DNA of 64,000 nucleotides from Actinomycetota bacterium (GTDB lineage Bacteria; Actinomycetota; CADDZG01; JAHWKV01): NCBI GenBank assembly GCA_052389675.1, contig JBQTHR010000032.1, positions 17,262 to 81,261 of the forward strand, read 5' to 3'. Shown piece by piece: positions 61,663 to 64,000 of this stretch (position 1 is its first letter; each line of letters starts with the position of its first letter). The notes under the pieces were generated by a model. It saw only the letters and a program-made list of their open reading frames with translations, ran no database searches and was not told where the DNA came from. The position numbers and the translations under genes were made by a program.

Positions 61663-62865
61663 GTGATGTCTCATCCAGCCATCGCCCGAACCGTGGCCAT
61701 ACGGCGCCGGATTGGGTTCATACCGGGCAGCGATGGTAATGTACCGCCCGTGCAAAGACGACTGCTGAATCTGCTCTTGGTGTTAGTAATGCTGGCGGGC
61801 GCGTGCACCCAGAAGGAGGATCCGCCGGAGCCGACTCCGCGCCCTTCGGCCACTGTCGCCGAGTTGCCCTCTCACGAGCCCTCTCCCGAAGCCCGCCCAA
61901 CCTGCCCGCTCACCGGCCAGGAGTCGCCTGAAGGACTCGAAGTGAACCGGCCCGCCCTGGCGATCAAGATCGACAACCATCCCCGCGCCCGGCCACAGGC
62001 GGGCCTCGAGTCGGCCGATATCGTTTACGAGGAGTTGGTGGAGGGGGGCCTCACCCGCTTCTTGGCGATCTACCACTGTGGCGATGCTGCCCGCCTTGGT
62101 CCCACCCGTAGCGCCCGTCTGGTCGATCCGGACCTGCTGGTCCAGTACCAGCCGGTGCTGTTCGGCTACTCAGGGGCAGCGCCGCCGGTGCTGGCCAAGG
62201 TTAGGTCGACCGCCGGCGTGGTCGATCTGGTGCACGGCGCCAACGGCGCCGCCTACTCCCGGCAGAGCGGCCGCCCGGCTCCGCACAACCTGTTCACTTC
62301 GAGCGAGCGGCTGAGGGCAACCAGCAGCGCCCAAGGCATCGTCGGGGCGCCGAAGACCGGCCTGGTCTTCGACGCTGCGGTGGCCCAGCCGGCCCCCGGC
62401 TCCGCCACCCCGGCCCCCGGCTCCGCCACCCCGGCCCCCGGCTCCTCGCCGATCGACGTGGTCGTCCCTCCCGCACCGGTCGTTCCGCCTGGAAGAACGG
62501 TGTCGTTCGCCTACTCCGGCGGCAACTCGGTGAGCTACAGCTTCGACGACATCACGCAAAGATATCTGCGGTCGATGAACGGCTCCCCGCACCGAGATGA
62601 GAACCAAAATCAACTGAGCATGGTCAATGTTGTGGTCTTGAAGGTCAACATTCAACTGGCAGCGGGAACCCCGCACATCACGGTCACCGGAGAGGGCGAG
62701 GCAACGGTGCTGCACAACGGCCGGGTGGTGACGGGCCGCTGGCGCCGTTCCGGCTTGGCCGACCAGATCACTTTGGTAGACACCTCCGGTCTGCCGATAC
62801 CCCTGGCTCCGGGCAACACCTGGATCAATCTTGTCCCCTCCACCCAGGCCGTCACCGTTCAGTAG
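61663..62865 (+). CDS. DUF3048-domain lipoprotein
   Basis: Lipobox MLAGAC. The motif ALAIKIDNHPRARPQAGLESADIVYEELVEGGLTRFLAIYH is characteristic of DUF3048. Confidence 0.8.
   Translation: MMSHPAIARTVAIRRRIGFIPGSDGNVPPVQRRLLNLLLVLVMLAGACTQKEDPPEPTPRPSATVAELPSHEPSPEARPTCPLTGQESPEGLEVNRPALAIKIDNHPRARPQAGLESADIVYEELVEGGLTRFLAIYHCGDAARLGPTRSARLVDPDLLVQYQPVLFGYSGAAPPVLAKVRSTAGVVDLVHGANGAAYSRQSGRPAPHNLFTSSERLRATSSAQGIVGAPKTGLVFDAAVAQPAPGSATPAPGSATPAPGSSPIDVVVPPAPVVPPGRTVSFAYSGGNSVSYSFDDITQRYLRSMNGSPHRDENQNQLSMVNVVVLKVNIQLAAGTPHITVTGEGEATVLHNGRVVTGRWRRSGLADQITLVDTSGLPIPLAPGNTWINLVPSTQAVTVQ
62389..62445 (+). repeat. 21-bp in-frame tandem repeat x2.7 encoding PAPGSAT
   Basis: The unit ccggcccccggctccgccacc occurs twice perfectly, followed by a 15-nt partial copy. 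Confidence 0.9.
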
Positions 62866-62982
62866 TGCGGCTACTTGCCAGCAAAGTTTTCCGAACTGGC
62901 GTAGAGTCACAGAGGGTGGTTAAGATAGTTTGAGCTGGTCACGCACCGTGAACAATCTGTAAAGAGGGCGGGGGGAGTTGAA

Positions 62983-63459
62983 ATGAGCTATGCCTCACTG
63001 GTCGGGGAGAGGCTGAGAAACATCCGGCTTCAAAAAGGTTTGTCTCTTCACGATGTACAGAGCGCCTCGAAGATGGAGTTCAAGGCCTCGGTGCTCGGCG
63101 CCTACGAGCGGGGGGAGCGGAGTATTTCGGTGCCTCGCCTGGAGCGGTTGGCCCGGCTCTATCAGGTCCCGGTGGACCACCTGCTGCCCCGCACCGACGG
63201 AGTGGACGAGCAGATCCCGCTGGAGGTGAGCCTGGCGAAGTTGAAGATCGATTTGCGCCAACTGGAACGCAGCGACGATCCGGACGGCGTGGTTTTGCAG
63301 CGCTACCTCAACCTGGTGCAGATCCGGCGCAACGACTTCAACGGCAAGGTACTGACCATCCGGGGCGAGGATCTTCGGGTGCTCGCCAGTGTCCTGGACA
63401 TGTCCCTAGAGAACCTGGCGGCCAAGATCGACGAGTTGGGGGTTCGAGCAGACGCTTAG
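62983..63459 (+). CDS. XRE-family helix-turn-helix transcriptional regulator
   Basis: LRNIRLQKGLSLHDVQ...FKASVLGAYERGERSISVPRLERLARLYQV is a Cro/C1-type HTH. Confidence 0.8.
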   Translation: MSYASLVGERLRNIRLQKGLSLHDVQSASKMEFKASVLGAYERGERSISVPRLERLARLYQVPVDHLLPRTDGVDEQIPLEVSLAKLKIDLRQLERSDDPDGVVLQRYLNLVQIRRNDFNGKVLTIRGEDLRVLASVLDMSLENLAAKIDELGVRADA

Positions 63460-63524
63460 TGACTCTGCCGCACAATTCCCGTACGCGCGAGCAGTATTGC
63501 GCCCGAAGGGGTAAGTTCTAATCG

Positions 63525-64000
63525 GTGCAGGAAAGAACGCAAGTCAAGATAACCGTTCCCGGAGACCGTGAGATGGTCTCCTTGTTCGGAACCCGAGATG
63601 AGCTTTTGAAAGTCATCGAGAAGGGGTTCGAGTCGACCATCCTGGTCCGGGGGAACGAGATCACCATCTCGGGTGAACCACAGGAGGCGGAGCTGGTTGC
63701 GCGCCTGTTCGAGGAGTTGATCGAATTGCTGGGCCAAGGCCACGTCCTCACCGCCGATGCAGTCGGCCGGTCGATCGACATGGTCAAGGTCGGGCAGCAC
63801 CGTCCCTCGGTGGTTCTGTCGGACGCCATCCTGGCCACCAGAGCTCGCTCTATCCGGGCCAAGACCGTGGGCCAGAAGCGTTATATCGATGCTATTCGCA
63901 GCAACACCATTGCCTTTGGGATCGGTCCAGCCGGTACCGGTAAGACCTACCTGGCGGTTGCGGCTGCGGTGCACGCGCTGCAGTCGAAACAGGTGCAGCG
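63525..64000 (+). CDS. phoH: PhoH-like ATPase, 3'-truncated by the window edge (absent from the ORF track)
   Basis: Own translation from GTG 63525: VQERTQVKITVPGDREMVSLFGTRDELLKVIE...IRAKTVGQKRYIDAIRSNTIAFGIGPAGTGKTYLAVAAAV (Walker A). The frame is open to the window end. Confidence 0.85.
   Translation, partial: MQERTQVKITVPGDREMVSLFGTRDELLKVIEKGFESTILVRGNEITISGEPQEAELVARLFEELIELLGQGHVLTADAVGRSIDMVKVGQHRPSVVLSDAILATRARSIRAKTVGQKRYIDAIRSNTIAFGIGPAGTGKTYLAVAAAVHALQSKQVQ

Overview
This is a high-GC (about 65%) chromosomal segment. The gene order (proA ... nadD-rsfS ... leuS ... comEA-comEC-holA / rpsT / lepA-hrcA-dnaJ-rsmE ... phoH) points to Actinomycetota, which is an inference only. All calls come from reading motifs in the supplied translations and the DNA; no database search was possible.

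Housekeeping genes frame several accessory blocks:
- 5.8-10.8 kb: secreted and anchored low-complexity proteins, then three tandem paralogues carrying Cys-bracketed DxDxDG repeats, next to tRNA-Ala(GGC).
- 16-19.9 kb: an Fe(3+) ABC importer.
- 19.9-25.1 kb: an envelope-glycan-type cluster.
- 26.8-36.6 kb: a compact type VII secretion (T7SS)-like locus, the most interesting part of the window.
- 36.7-50.1 kb: a metal-homeostasis region containing a CDF transporter, VapBC, ZnuACB, a DUF318/TIGR03943 pair, a MEDS protein, a Fur-family regulator and CbiMNQO. It is interrupted by leuS.

The T7SS-like locus contains:
- a putative Ubl + FHA + triple-FtsK ATPase;
- a WXG100 protein and a helical partner;
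- a WXG-like/TM toxin whose C-terminus aligns motif for motif with cholera-toxin-type ADP-ribosyltransferases;
- a candidate immunity gene;
- a short ORF that looks like a degenerate copy of the toxin C-terminus;
- a divergent PASTA Ser/Thr kinase.

Two genes, the CDF transporter and vapC, carry 1-nt frameshifts within 1.2 kb of each other. No rRNA, CRISPR array, transposase or integrase was seen. Many long antisense or alternative-frame ORFs in the track are GC artefacts.
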